Below are positions 8,509 to 16,298 of a stretch of DNA of 64,000 nt, piece by piece; positions within the stretch are counted from its first letter, which is position 1; each line of letters starts with the position of its first letter. The translations under genes were made by a program, and so were the position numbers. This stretch comes from a virus (Duplodnaviria; Caudoviricetes), in IMG/VR virus record IMGVR_UViG_3300011339_000278, positions 6,743 through 70,742 of that record. One strand, 5' to 3'. The notes below the pieces were generated by a model. The model worked only from the letters and a program-made list of their open reading frames with translations. It searched no databases and was not told the DNA's origin.

Positions 8509-9579
8509 TCACATCAACTTGTGGTTGTTTGTCGCCCAAGTGTTGATCGCTTGGTTGTAACGCGCCAACTTGGGCTTACCGCGCATAATCATGGTGAAGA
8601 ACACAGACTGAACTTCGGACGATGGAATGCGCTCAACGAACTGCATATACTTGTTCAGGTCATCCTGAACTTCTAGTACATCGACTGCCTCGAACAACAT
8701 CATGACCTGAGCTGATACATCTTCAGGAACTTTAATAGTTGATGCTGATTTCAGTACATCTGCCGTAGAGATCAGCTTGCCCTCGAGTGCAATGAACGCT
8801 GACATACTCTTAGCCGCCGCTTCACCGATCGTGCCTGACAACGCGACCATCATGGCGTGTTCACCGATGATGTCCTTGGCTTCCACAATGGGAGATGCTT
8901 TCGCCAAAGATCGGGGAGATACAAACGAACGGGCGGGCGATGATGGTTTAAAGATATATGGGTTGTCGCTCTCATCGCTGTCCAAGTAGCTACGCATAGC
9001 TTTGGGTGTCATCGCTACCCATGCACGAATCGGACGCGCAATCTTGTGCTTAGTAGCCCATGCGTTCCACTGCTCTGCGTTGGGTTTAGCCATCGGAAGA
9101 ATACACACACGATTACCCACATGCGCCAACATGCTGTCGCCTACACCATCGCTTGAGTTGTTACTTGTACCAAACACGATGCTACCCTCGGGCAGGGGTT
9201 CATCGCCAACACTACGCTCAAGCATGAGTCGGGTGAAGATAATCTGCAATAGCTTGGGAGACTTCATGAACTCGTCGAGCATGATGACCTTCTTCTTGCC
9301 GTTGCCTAGCTTGAAGAGAGACGACACGTAATACTCAAGTGTCTTGCTCGCATGGTTGGGGATGGATGCCGCAACGTCCATCATGTCTTTGACGGGGCAG
9401 TCAACATAGATATAGTCGTAGTCGTCTGTACCGAGATCTGCTTCAAGCATCTTCAGGATTGATGATTTACCACAACCAGGCTCAGAGACAATGATGGGTG
9501 TAATTGAATTACCGATTGTCTTGATGATGTTTGTGCAGTCGTCGATTGACACGCTCATGTTGAAATTGATTTTGGACAT
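8509..9579 (-). CDS. AAA+ ATPase (MoxR/dynein-related)
   Basis: Walker A SEPGCGKS, Walker B IMLDEF, sensor TSN, NR finger, SPRS. Confidence 0.9.
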   Translation of the reverse strand: MSKINFNMSVSIDDCTNIIKTIGNSITPIIVSEPGCGKSSILKMLEADLGTDDYDYIYVDCPVKDMMDVAASIPNHASKTLEYYVSSLFKLGNGKKKVIMLDEFMKSPKLLQIIFTRLMLERSVGDEPLPEGSIVFGTSNNSSDGVGDSMLAHVGNRVCILPMAKPNAEQWNAWATKHKIARPIRAWVAMTPKAMRSYLDSDESDNPYIFKPSSPARSFVSPRSLAKASPIVEAKDIIGEHAMMVALSGTIGEAAAKSMSAFIALEGKLISTADVLKSASTIKVPEDVSAQVMMLFEAVDVLEVQDDLNKYMQFVERIPSSEVQSVFFTMIMRGKPKLARYNQAINTWATNNHKLM

Positions 9580-9618
9580 AATGTTTCCTTAGTTAATGTT
9601 TCAGGGATGGGTGAATGA

Positions 9619-9804
9619 TTACTTGGTCGGCTTGATACGCTTGACATTGAAAGTCTTGTCGGTTTCATCTACCTCGACATACGCTTCCTTCAAGCCTACT
9701 GCTACCAACATGCAAGAGAGATACACGGCACGTCGCTGTGCTCTGAAGTACATGAATGTCATGACTGCAAAGCCAAACAACAATACGATTTCTAGGTCTG
9801 TCAT
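9619..9804 (-). CDS. Small membrane protein
   Basis: N-terminal hydrophobic helix LEIVLLFGFAVMTFMYF. Confidence 0.65.
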   Translation of the reverse strand: MTDLEIVLLFGFAVMTFMYFRAQRRAVYLSCMLVAVGLKEAYVEVDETDKTFNVKRIKPTK

Positions 9805-10709
9805 ACAAAGCTCCTGATGGGTTTAAATTTAGACAACATGTCGTCCACGTTCTCTTTGACTACGCTACGCACATAAGAACTCTCACGCAGATCCTCTGTC
9901 GATACGTTCTCTAGCGCAAAGCTCAGGTCAACTACTGCCTGTGATAATGCTTTATTACCTGTCAAGTTGAAGTTCTCGATGGTCTTGCAAATCTCTTTGG
10001 CTTGGCTGACTGTGCTGTCGTAGATCTTCTTACGGCGAACCTTGCCGTCCTCGTCGGGCGTTGCCTCGGTACATGCGTTAGACAACCGTGAAGCAATCTC
10101 TACAAGACGCATCGAAGCATCGTCCATCACAGAGTTAATAATCTCCTGTGTCTGACGCTCGTAATGATTCTTCAGATCTTCTGCCAATGCTTCGCTCACG
10201 GATGAACGGAAGTCGGATGTCGGAACCTGAGATACATGTAAGCGAATCTTGAACTTGGTGCGAACATCTTGCGCTTCAGGGTACTCTGAACGATTAAACA
10301 TGTCGCCTTGCTTGAACGCCGCATCGCTGACAATCTGCGGGTATGCAGTAATAAACTTCTCGAGCAGAGCTTCAAAGTCGCGCTCATGTTGGGCGTACTC
10401 CTTCTTGAACTTCTCAAGGTTGATCGTTGGGAGCAGACGCATCGAGCCAGCCCAGTCGTATGTGGAACGCTGAAGCCAGTTATACACGGTCTGCCGATAG
10501 TTCAGTAGCGCCTTGTGGTCGGGTGAATCCGAGAGTAAGTTCTTGGTGAACTTGCCTGCGTCAGCTGAGGCTTTCTTAGATGTTGTTACCTCGTTAGAGA
10601 TAGCGCGATCCTGTTTGGTTGCTGTCCACACGTTCACGTCCACGCATACGACAAGTGCTGATGTCGCGAGTGAGATGATGTGGTTGGGTTGTTGAAGTTC
10701 AAAGTTCAT
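9801..10709 (-). CDS. Helical protein of AAA-vWA modules (DUF3150-like)
   Basis: 302 aa; W.A.K.D, K.LL, YP.A..V..KF pattern; sits upstream of AAA and vWA. Family name is by recollection. Confidence 0.55.
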   Translation of the reverse strand: MNFELQQPNHIISLATSALVVCVDVNVWTATKQDRAISNEVTTSKKASADAGKFTKNLLSDSPDHKALLNYRQTVYNWLQRSTYDWAGSMRLLPTINLEKFKKEYAQHERDFEALLEKFITAYPQIVSDAAFKQGDMFNRSEYPEAQDVRTKFKIRLHVSQVPTSDFRSSVSEALAEDLKNHYERQTQEIINSVMDDASMRLVEIASRLSNACTEATPDEDGKVRRKKIYDSTVSQAKEICKTIENFNLTGNKALSQAVVDLSFALENVSTEDLRESSYVRSVVKENVDDMLSKFKPIRSFV

Positions 10710-10710
10710 G

Positions 10711-10914
10711 TTAACGGCCTCCCTTGTGGCTTGAGTTAAGGTTAAGTAAAAGCGAACGATCAGTCACAACGATGTAGTTGGACTTGGGCATCGGCACGAT
10801 GGTGTGATTAACACCCCGTGCCTGTCTCTCGCCACATGGCATACACAATGTATAGCCGATGCTATGGCGAGCAATAGAGAACGGTTCACCACATGCTGAA
10901 CATGTAGGTGTCAT
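10711..10914 (-). CDS. C4 zinc-finger protein (DksA/TraR-type finger)
   Basis: CSACGEPFSIARHSIGYTLCMPCGE; ATG at 10914. Confidence 0.7.
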   Translation of the reverse strand: MTPTCSACGEPFSIARHSIGYTLCMPCGERQARGVNHTIVPMPKSNYIVVTDRSLLLNLNSSHKGGR

Positions 10915-11207
10915 GGAAGGGTGTCGGTGTTGAGTTGACGAACAATGACGCGCCACTCATGGGGCAGACCCTCTTCCTCGTCTGCTTTGATACATGTATG
11001 CATGTCATACATCGCCATCGCTTTGTCGGTGAACACATCGGTCACAACGCCGTCGCACATAAGCAGATACACTTTGGCGAATGGTTGTACAGCGGTTGGT
11101 TGGGTTGGTTGGGTTGCATTGCGCATTGCCTCGCGGATGGAGGGATGCACATTTGTGTCGTCTGCGATCTGACGCAGAATTGTGTCGATGTCTTTGAACT
11201 GTCCCAT
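10911..11207 (-). CDS. Hypothetical early protein
   Basis: 98 aa with an AGGAG RBS. Confidence 0.75.
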   Translation of the reverse strand: MGQFKDIDTILRQIADDTNVHPSIREAMRNATQPTQPTAVQPFAKVYLLMCDGVVTDVFTDKAMAMYDMHTCIKADEEEGLPHEWRVIVRQLNTDTLP

Positions 11208-11284
11208 AACTATCTCCTGACTGAATAAAAACTGAATTGGATTTCACGATACCCTGAATCGGTAGTCGATCATTGTGTTGAGTT

Positions 11285-11340
11285 ACTCCCCGACACAGAT
11301 TCAATTGTACCATAACTTTACATATAAACATAGGGTATTA
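11285..11340 (-). promoter_or_regulatory. Extended -10 promoter element, copy A
   Basis: Minus strand GTAAAGTTATGGTACAATTGAATCTG; near-duplicate at about 12570-12625. Confidence 0.6.
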
Positions 11341-11356
11341 CCCTAACTTTGTTGAG

Positions 11357-11578
11357 TCACACACCTAGGGGCGGTTGCTCATTAGGCACAACATGTATGT
11401 CGAACCCGAGCCTGCGTATGCACTTGAGCGTTGTCTCAGTCAGAGACGTTGTGCCTGCAATAGCGGCAAATATCTTCGCCTTGTCACATACAGGGTAAGC
11501 AACTCTCTTACCATACACATCCTTTACATGCACATGGATCGCAAAACACTGCTGTTGGTCTTGGGTTTGGTCTGTCAT
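11357..11578 (-). CDS. Hypothetical early protein
   Basis: V..K.VYG....YP.C..AKIFA.IAGT..LT pattern. Confidence 0.7.
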   Translation of the reverse strand: MTDQTQDQQQCFAIHVHVKDVYGKRVAYPVCDKAKIFAAIAGTTSLTETTLKCIRRLGFDIHVVPNEQPPLGV

Positions 11579-11775
11579 ATAACTTCCTTCTCTTGTATCC
11601 AGTAATGACCATAAGGGTCATCTTCTTTGCATTCGCGCATGTACGACTCTGCTTCGATCTTGTGAGCAAACAAATGCACAATGTGTACGCCTTGTTTGTT
11701 GGGTATTTTCACCTTGTCGCGGGCACTATCGTTGCACCACAGTATCCACACCATCGGGTAATACTTGACTGTCAT
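11575..11775 (-). CDS. Hypothetical early protein
   Basis: 66 aa with 4-nt overlaps. Confidence 0.65.
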   Translation of the reverse strand: MTVKYYPMVWILWCNDSARDKVKIPNKQGVHIVHLFAHKIEAESYMRECKEDDPYGHYWIQEKEVI

Positions 11776-12074
11776 TTCACACCCTCCTGAAGAATTAGTT
11801 TAAGCATCGTGTTCTGAATCTCGGGATCAATTAGGGGGCGCGTCATCTCATCAACCATCAGGTTGTAGCTCTTGCGCTTAACCATCTCGGCGTGCGTGTG
11901 TTCTGCAAACAACATAACTTCCTCCCATGTTGGGAATCTGCCACGCTCGTCATAGAAGCGATACGCTTCACAGACCACGCAACCTTGCTCGTAACTCTTA
12001 CAACGGTTGCCGATATTGATCGGCCCGCCTGTCTTGCGGTATGCCCGCAGTTTTAATCTTGTGCGTACTTTCAC
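11772..12074 (-). CDS. Hypothetical early protein (CxxC)
   Basis: GTG start after AGGAG; C.SYE.GCVVCEAY. Confidence 0.7.
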   Translation of the reverse strand: MKVRTRLKLRAYRKTGGPINIGNRCKSYEQGCVVCEAYRFYDERGRFPTWEEVMLFAEHTHAEMVKRKSYNLMVDEMTRPLIDPEIQNTMLKLILQEGVK

Positions 12075-12112
12075 GGTGTTGCTCCTTGAGATAATTGTTG
12101 CTTGTAATTTGT

Positions 12113-12457
12113 TTACAGGATGTTGTAGCCTTTGAGCCAGCGACGGGTGTCCTTGCCCATGCTGACTATTGATAGACCCTCGTATTCGTTGTCGATGTCG
12201 TTGAACTCAATATGTGAGTGGATGTCCATGTCGGGGTCGACTGTGTTTGTGCAGAGATAGTCTCTGTCGTTCAGGGGGTCGTGAATCGCTAACCAATCGG
12301 ACACGATCGCATCGGTGTCGATGGGCGATTTGGCAACGGGTTGTGCCGTTGGGGTTGTAATGCGCAATGCTTTGCGCATGGAGCGGGGCAGGTGAGCGAG
12401 CATCTCGCGTTGCACTTTTGCGTTAACCGCAGGGGAGAGGACGAACTTAGCTTTCAT
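12113..12457 (-). CDS. Hypothetical early protein
   Basis: Likely ATG at 12457 with an AGGAG RBS. Confidence 0.7.
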   Translation of the reverse strand: MKAKFVLSPAVNAKVQREMLAHLPRSMRKALRITTPTAQPVAKSPIDTDAIVSDWLAIHDPLNDRDYLCTNTVDPDMDIHSHIEFNDIDNEYEGLSIVSMGKDTRRWLKGYNIL

Positions 12458-12569
12458 GATAACTCCTACTAAATTGAACTGAATGTTGAACTGAATTTCA
12501 CCTACCCGTGAAACGATTGGTCGTCGTCTTGGGGTTGGCATGGGTTGAGGCAGGGAGGTTTTCAGCTGG

Positions 12570-12625
12570 TTATTCCCCGACTCAGATTCAATTGTAACAT
12601 AACTTTACTTATAAACATAGGGGTG
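12570..12625 (-). promoter_or_regulatory. Extended -10 promoter element, copy B
   Basis: Minus strand GTAAAGTTATGTTACAATTGAATCTG. Confidence 0.6.
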
Positions 12626-12699
12626 TGAGGTGACTTTGTTGAGGTGCAGGGCTAGGGGCGTAGTGTACAGGGATTTGAATCTGATATGTACAGTTAGAC

Positions 12700-13205
12700 T
12701 TTTTGGGGGGTTATTGGAACGGGTTTTTGGAACAAATTAAGGGCGATTGGAATCTGGAAAAGTAATACTAAGGTTATGAAATGACTATAAAGAGTAGAGT
12801 AGTAGTAGTAGTAAAAAAAAAAAAAAATTATATTTATTCCAAAATTCCAAGATTCCAGCGTTTTGCAGGGACGGCGGGCAAAATGAGAAAAAGAGTGAAA
12901 AACCATATATTGCGTGATGTTGCACTTGCTAACGCAGTCAAGCGTTCACAAATCATTTGCCCAACCAGCTTTGTCCTTTTTAAAAACTGGAATTTTGGAA
13001 TATCCACAACTTATCCACAGGTTATACACGAAATTCGCCTTATAAATCAATGACTTAGCAAAGTTCCAATTTGCTGTTCCAAACTGGAACAACTTTACAT
13101 AAGAGACAAATACTGGAATTCCAAGTTGGAATTTTGTTTTTGCTCAGATTCCAAGATTCCAATTAGCGATTCCAAGATTCCAACTGGGCTGGAACGTTGG
13201 AACAA
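12700..13205. other. Putative replication origin (iteron array, A15 tract, DnaA boxes)
   Basis: About 21 TTCCAA/TTCCAG hexamers in both orientations, (AGT)n plus A15 at 12797-12827, TTATCCACA at 13011. Confidence 0.65.
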
Positions 13206-13293
13206 ATTTCACGTACCCCTGAAACGGTAGTTGATCGGCTTGGCTCATGCGAACGCACTCAGCGCACGCGAGGACTCATAACTGGTATCAAAT

Positions 13294-13320
13294 GCACCGC
13301 CAGCGTTAACTGACGGTGCA
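13294..13320 (-). terminator. Hairpin terminator after 13328 gene
   Basis: GCACCGTCAG-TTAACG-CTGGCGGTGC immediately after the stop. Confidence 0.6.
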
Positions 13321-13327
13321 CAGATGC

Positions 13328-13921
13328 TTATTTCAAAGCATTGTTAAAGGCATCAATTGCTTGGCGCAATTTAACCTCATTGGGTGCAGTTGTGTCGCCT
13401 CGTGCGTTGGCAGTCTTGGCACGGGCTTTTGCTGTTGTAAACAACTCTTTGAGAAACTCGTCAAATTGTTTTGTAGGGGCTTTGACCTTGGGCTTACCCT
13501 CATTCTCAACTCTGCGCACCGCGACCTTGAGATCGGCAAGACGATTAGAGCAATACTTGTTAAAGTTATCACGCACGGCCTTGATGACACCGTGCTTGAT
13601 TGGATCGGCCTCTTTGAGTTGCCCAAATGCTTGTTGAGAGTATGACAAGCAGTAATCCAGACTGTTGGTGAAACCTCCCTTGGGGTTTGGTTTCCAATCG
13701 GAATCGAATGTAGTGGCAGGGTTTAACTCTTGCCATCTCAAGCCCCATCCGAGGCGCAGTTGAGTTTTGACCTCATCTGGTTGTGATTCGCAGAATGTAG
13801 GGCACTGCTCGTATACGAAACGGGCAATAACTGCCATTGTTTCACTAGATCTTGCCGATTGGTATGCGGCATCTTTGAATGATGAGACGATTGTCTCTTG
13901 GGGTTTTGTTGCTTTGCTCAT
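13328..13921 (-). CDS. Early protein of unknown function, paralog A
   Basis: ATG at 13921 after GGAGAT; roughly 60% identical by eye to 14146..14754. Confidence 0.85.
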   Translation of the reverse strand: MSKATKPQETIVSSFKDAAYQSARSSETMAVIARFVYEQCPTFCESQPDEVKTQLRLGWGLRWQELNPATTFDSDWKPNPKGGFTNSLDYCLSYSQQAFGQLKEADPIKHGVIKAVRDNFNKYCSNRLADLKVAVRRVENEGKPKVKAPTKQFDEFLKELFTTAKARAKTANARGDTTAPNEVKLRQAIDAFNNALK

Positions 13922-13974
13922 GGTATCTCCAAGTAAGCGGTTATCCAGACAACACCTCGTCATCTGGTAAATAA

Positions 13975-14023
13975 GTTATACCCGATGCAAGACACATAAG
14001 TAAAGTTTCAGCGAGGTGTGAAT
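13975..14023 (-). promoter_or_regulatory. Early sigma70-like promoter with upstream dyad
   Basis: TTTACT-N18-TATAAC preceded by TTCA-N8-TGAAA. Confidence 0.7.
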
Positions 14024-14098
14024 CAGTAAACGATCGGCTTGGCTCGCACGCACTTAGCGCACGCGGGGACAAATAACTGGTTTCAAAAAGCTACAGGC

Positions 14099-14133
14099 GA
14101 AAAAAAACCTAGCCAACCTTTCGGCTGACTAGG
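14099..14133 (-). terminator. Rho-independent terminator
   Basis: CCTAGTCAGCC-GAAA-GGTTGGCTAGG followed by a T-run. Confidence 0.85.
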
Positions 14134-14145
14134 TTCGGTGCAATG

Positions 14146-14754
14146 TTACTTGCTTAGTACATTATTGAAGGCATCGATAGCCATTCTGATTTTGACTTCA
14201 TCAGGGCATGTATCGTCGCCCCGCGCTTTTGCTGTCTTAGCTCTGGCTTTCATAGCCTTGAATGTTTCTTCAACATACTTCGTGAAAGACTTTGTAGGCG
14301 CTTTCACTTTTGGCTTGCCTTCGTTCTCTACCTTACGAACAGCCGTTTTCAAGTCAGCCATTCGGTTAGAAGCATACTTATTGAAGGTATCGCGAACACC
14401 CTTGATAATGCCGTGCTTAATTGGGTCAGCTTCTTTAAGCTGTCCAAAGGCTTGCTGACTGTAGCTAAAGCATACGTCAACGGACATTACATGCGCACCA
14501 TTCTCTACTGGAACCCAGCTTTCGTTATAGCTGACAGCGGGGTTCAATTCTTGCCAACGAAGCGCCCAACCCGCACGAAGTTGGGTTTTGACTTCATCGC
14601 TGACTTCATCAGTGAAGTTAGGGCATTGAGCGTAGACATACCGCGCTACGCTGTCTTTGCGTTCATCGCTGATCGCTGACTGATAGCCCGCTTCTTTCAT
14701 AGAAGTGACTGTTACAGAACCCAATGAAGGGGCGGATTGTTTTGCTTTAGACAT
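14146..14754 (-). CDS. Early protein of unknown function, paralog B
   Basis: 202 aa with an AGGAG RBS; shares LRWQELNPA, YSQQAFGQLKEADPIKHG and ENEGKPKVKAPTK with paralog A. Confidence 0.85.
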   Translation of the reverse strand: MSKAKQSAPSLGSVTVTSMKEAGYQSAISDERKDSVARYVYAQCPNFTDEVSDEVKTQLRAGWALRWQELNPAVSYNESWVPVENGAHVMSVDVCFSYSQQAFGQLKEADPIKHGIIKGVRDTFNKYASNRMADLKTAVRKVENEGKPKVKAPTKSFTKYVEETFKAMKARAKTAKARGDDTCPDEVKIRMAIDAFNNVLSK

Positions 14755-14814
14755 AATGTTCTCCTATAAAGCAAGGTTGAATATCAGGCAAACCGAACTG
14801 TCTACCTGATGTAA

Positions 14815-14865
14815 TAGTTATAGCTGACCCTAGGTCTTAAAGTAAAGTTTCAGCGGGGTGTGAAC
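14815..14865 (-). promoter_or_regulatory. Early sigma70-like promoter with upstream dyad
   Basis: TTTACT-N18-TATAAC preceded by TTCA-N8-TGAAA. Confidence 0.7.
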
Positions 14866-14934
14866 GGCTAAGTCATGCGCTTGACTCGCGCACGCTAAAC
14901 GCCCGCGACGACAAATAACTGGTATCAAAGACCA

Positions 14935-14960
14935 AAATAAAAGGGAGCCGAAGCTCCCTT
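14935..14960 (-). terminator. Rho-independent terminator
   Basis: AAGGGAGC-TTCG-GCTCCCTT followed by TTATTT. Confidence 0.85.
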
Positions 14961-14962
14961 GG

Positions 14963-15076
14963 TTAACGCTTGAAGTAATCACTGCGCAGTCTGCTGTACT
15001 CAAACCCTTCAAGCTTCGCGCAGAACGTTGCGCGTTTCACATGAGCACGCCATAAGTTAATCTGTCCTACTGTCAT
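14963..15076 (-). CDS. 37-aa early peptide (not in ORF track)
   Basis: AAGGAGAG RBS; MTVGQINLWRAHVKRATFCAKLEGFEYSRLRSDYFKR; terminator directly after the stop. Confidence 0.65.
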   Translation of the reverse strand: MTVGQINLWRAHVKRATFCAKLEGFEYSRLRSDYFKR

Positions 15077-15096
15077 GATCTCTCCTTAGTTAAAGA

Positions 15097-15114
15097 AGAG
15101 GGGCCGAAGCCCCT
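15097..15114 (-). terminator. Hairpin terminator
   Basis: GAGGGGC-TTCG-GCCCCTC after the 15119 stop. Confidence 0.7.
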
Positions 15115-15118
15115 CGGT

Positions 15119-15307
15119 TTACCACTCGCCGCGAGCCGCGACTAGCTTGCCTCTGATGCCGATCAGCACTACAGTGTGCGTCAGCTTGTACTGAGCCGCC
15201 CAACTAAGCGCTTCGTTCATCGTGTATGCATAATGCACAAATGCTTTGTCTTCCCATTGCACTATCACTTTGTAGTGCGTCAACCAAACCCATAATGCTT
15301 TTAACAT
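15119..15307 (-). CDS. First early gene, hypothetical
   Basis: 62 aa with an AGGAGAG RBS, downstream of a promoter. Confidence 0.7.
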   Translation of the reverse strand: MLKALWVWLTHYKVIVQWEDKAFVHYAYTMNEALSWAAQYKLTHTVVLIGIRGKLVAARGEW

Positions 15308-15354
15308 TTAGTCTCTCCTGTTTCTGCATTGCACTATTGCTTTGCATTGATGTA

Positions 15355-15390
15355 GTTATAGCTGACCCCATAACTAAAAGTAAAGTTCTG
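15355..15390 (-). promoter_or_regulatory. Early sigma70-like promoter
   Basis: TTTACT-N18-TATAAC, third copy. Confidence 0.7.
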
Positions 15391-15743
15391 GCGGGGTTGA
15401 CCCACCCATACCCGACCCCCACAAGAGACTTTGGGACTCCCGTGTTCCCCTATACTCTAAGACTTACACAAACCACTACGTATTCCCCCAAGCATTTCAA
15501 ACCAACCTGTCTACCAAACAACAAAAAACGTACATGTCCCCAATGCCAAACCAACTTGATACTTAAAACAAAACATTGGATACTTAACCCCCACCCCCTT
15601 AATATAGGAACACCCCCCGGGTAGGATTCCTACCACCCTTTACAAATTTGTGTTATATTTATTTTGTTGGGGCAACTGTGCATAGCTTCTTGCTTGCGGA
15701 CGACGGCCAACCCAACACTTTTATAGGAGTGCGATTCCCTCTT

Positions 15744-16298
15744 ATGCAGATGATGCCTAATGTTGACGCGGATATTCCGCTACCAGCCTCAGCCACCGAG
15801 GCTATGCCACCTCTTTCCCCAAAGGAAGAGATTGAGATGCGTGCACGCACGGTCAAAATGATCTCTGACCTAAACGGAAAACCAATTGAACCCACCCCTG
15901 AGAACCGAGGCCAAGCCCTTGAGTTGATGGAAAAGGTCGTTGCTAATAAAACAACACCTGATTTAGCTACCTACCCTAACGAAACCATTGCATATCTTGC
16001 CGGTATGGTGGCTGAGTACGACCACATGATCGTGCGGGAGCTGGCAGACTTCAAGTTGTACGTTGTCAACAAGCTTGTTGCCGAAACAGAGAACCCAAAC
16101 AGTACCGTCAGACTTGGTGCAATCAAGGCGTTGGGTGATGTAGACGGCGTTGATGCATTTAAAAAGCGCACTGAGGTCACTCACAAGCAGCAATCCCTCG
16201 AAGAAGTGGAAAAAGAACTGCTTGAGACGCTGGCTAAGCTGGAAAAACGCACAATTGACGTTCAAGCTAAGGTAATCCGCAGTGAAGATAACGCCTGA
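15744..16298 (+). CDS. Putative terminase small subunit
   Basis: First late-arm gene, overlapping TerL; assigned by position and size only. Confidence 0.5.
   Translation: MQMMPNVDADIPLPASATEAMPPLSPKEEIEMRARTVKMISDLNGKPIEPTPENRGQALELMEKVVANKTTPDLATYPNETIAYLAGMVAEYDHMIVRELADFKLYVVNKLVAETENPNSTVRLGAIKALGDVDGVDAFKKRTEVTHKQQSLEEVEKELLETLAKLEKRTIDVQAKVIRSEDNA

Noticed and set aside
12694-13053. ORFs across the origin (12694..12906, 12781..13053)
   Set aside because: They translate homopolymer and microsatellite tracts (FFFFFYYYYY); no RBS.
12700-13205. CRISPR-like repeat array
   Set aside because: Repeats are 6-8 bp, in both orientations, with irregular spacing; no 25-45 bp repeat-spacer units and no cas operon.
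13207-14928. Integron attC cassettes
   Set aside because: No tyrosine recombinase, no RYYYAAC/GTTRRRY core pairs, and the cassettes carry their own promoters.
15226-15624. 132-aa plus-strand ORF in the divergence zone
   Set aside because: Overlaps a minus-strand gene and promoter, is Pro/Thr low-complexity from the C-rich strand, and has no RBS.
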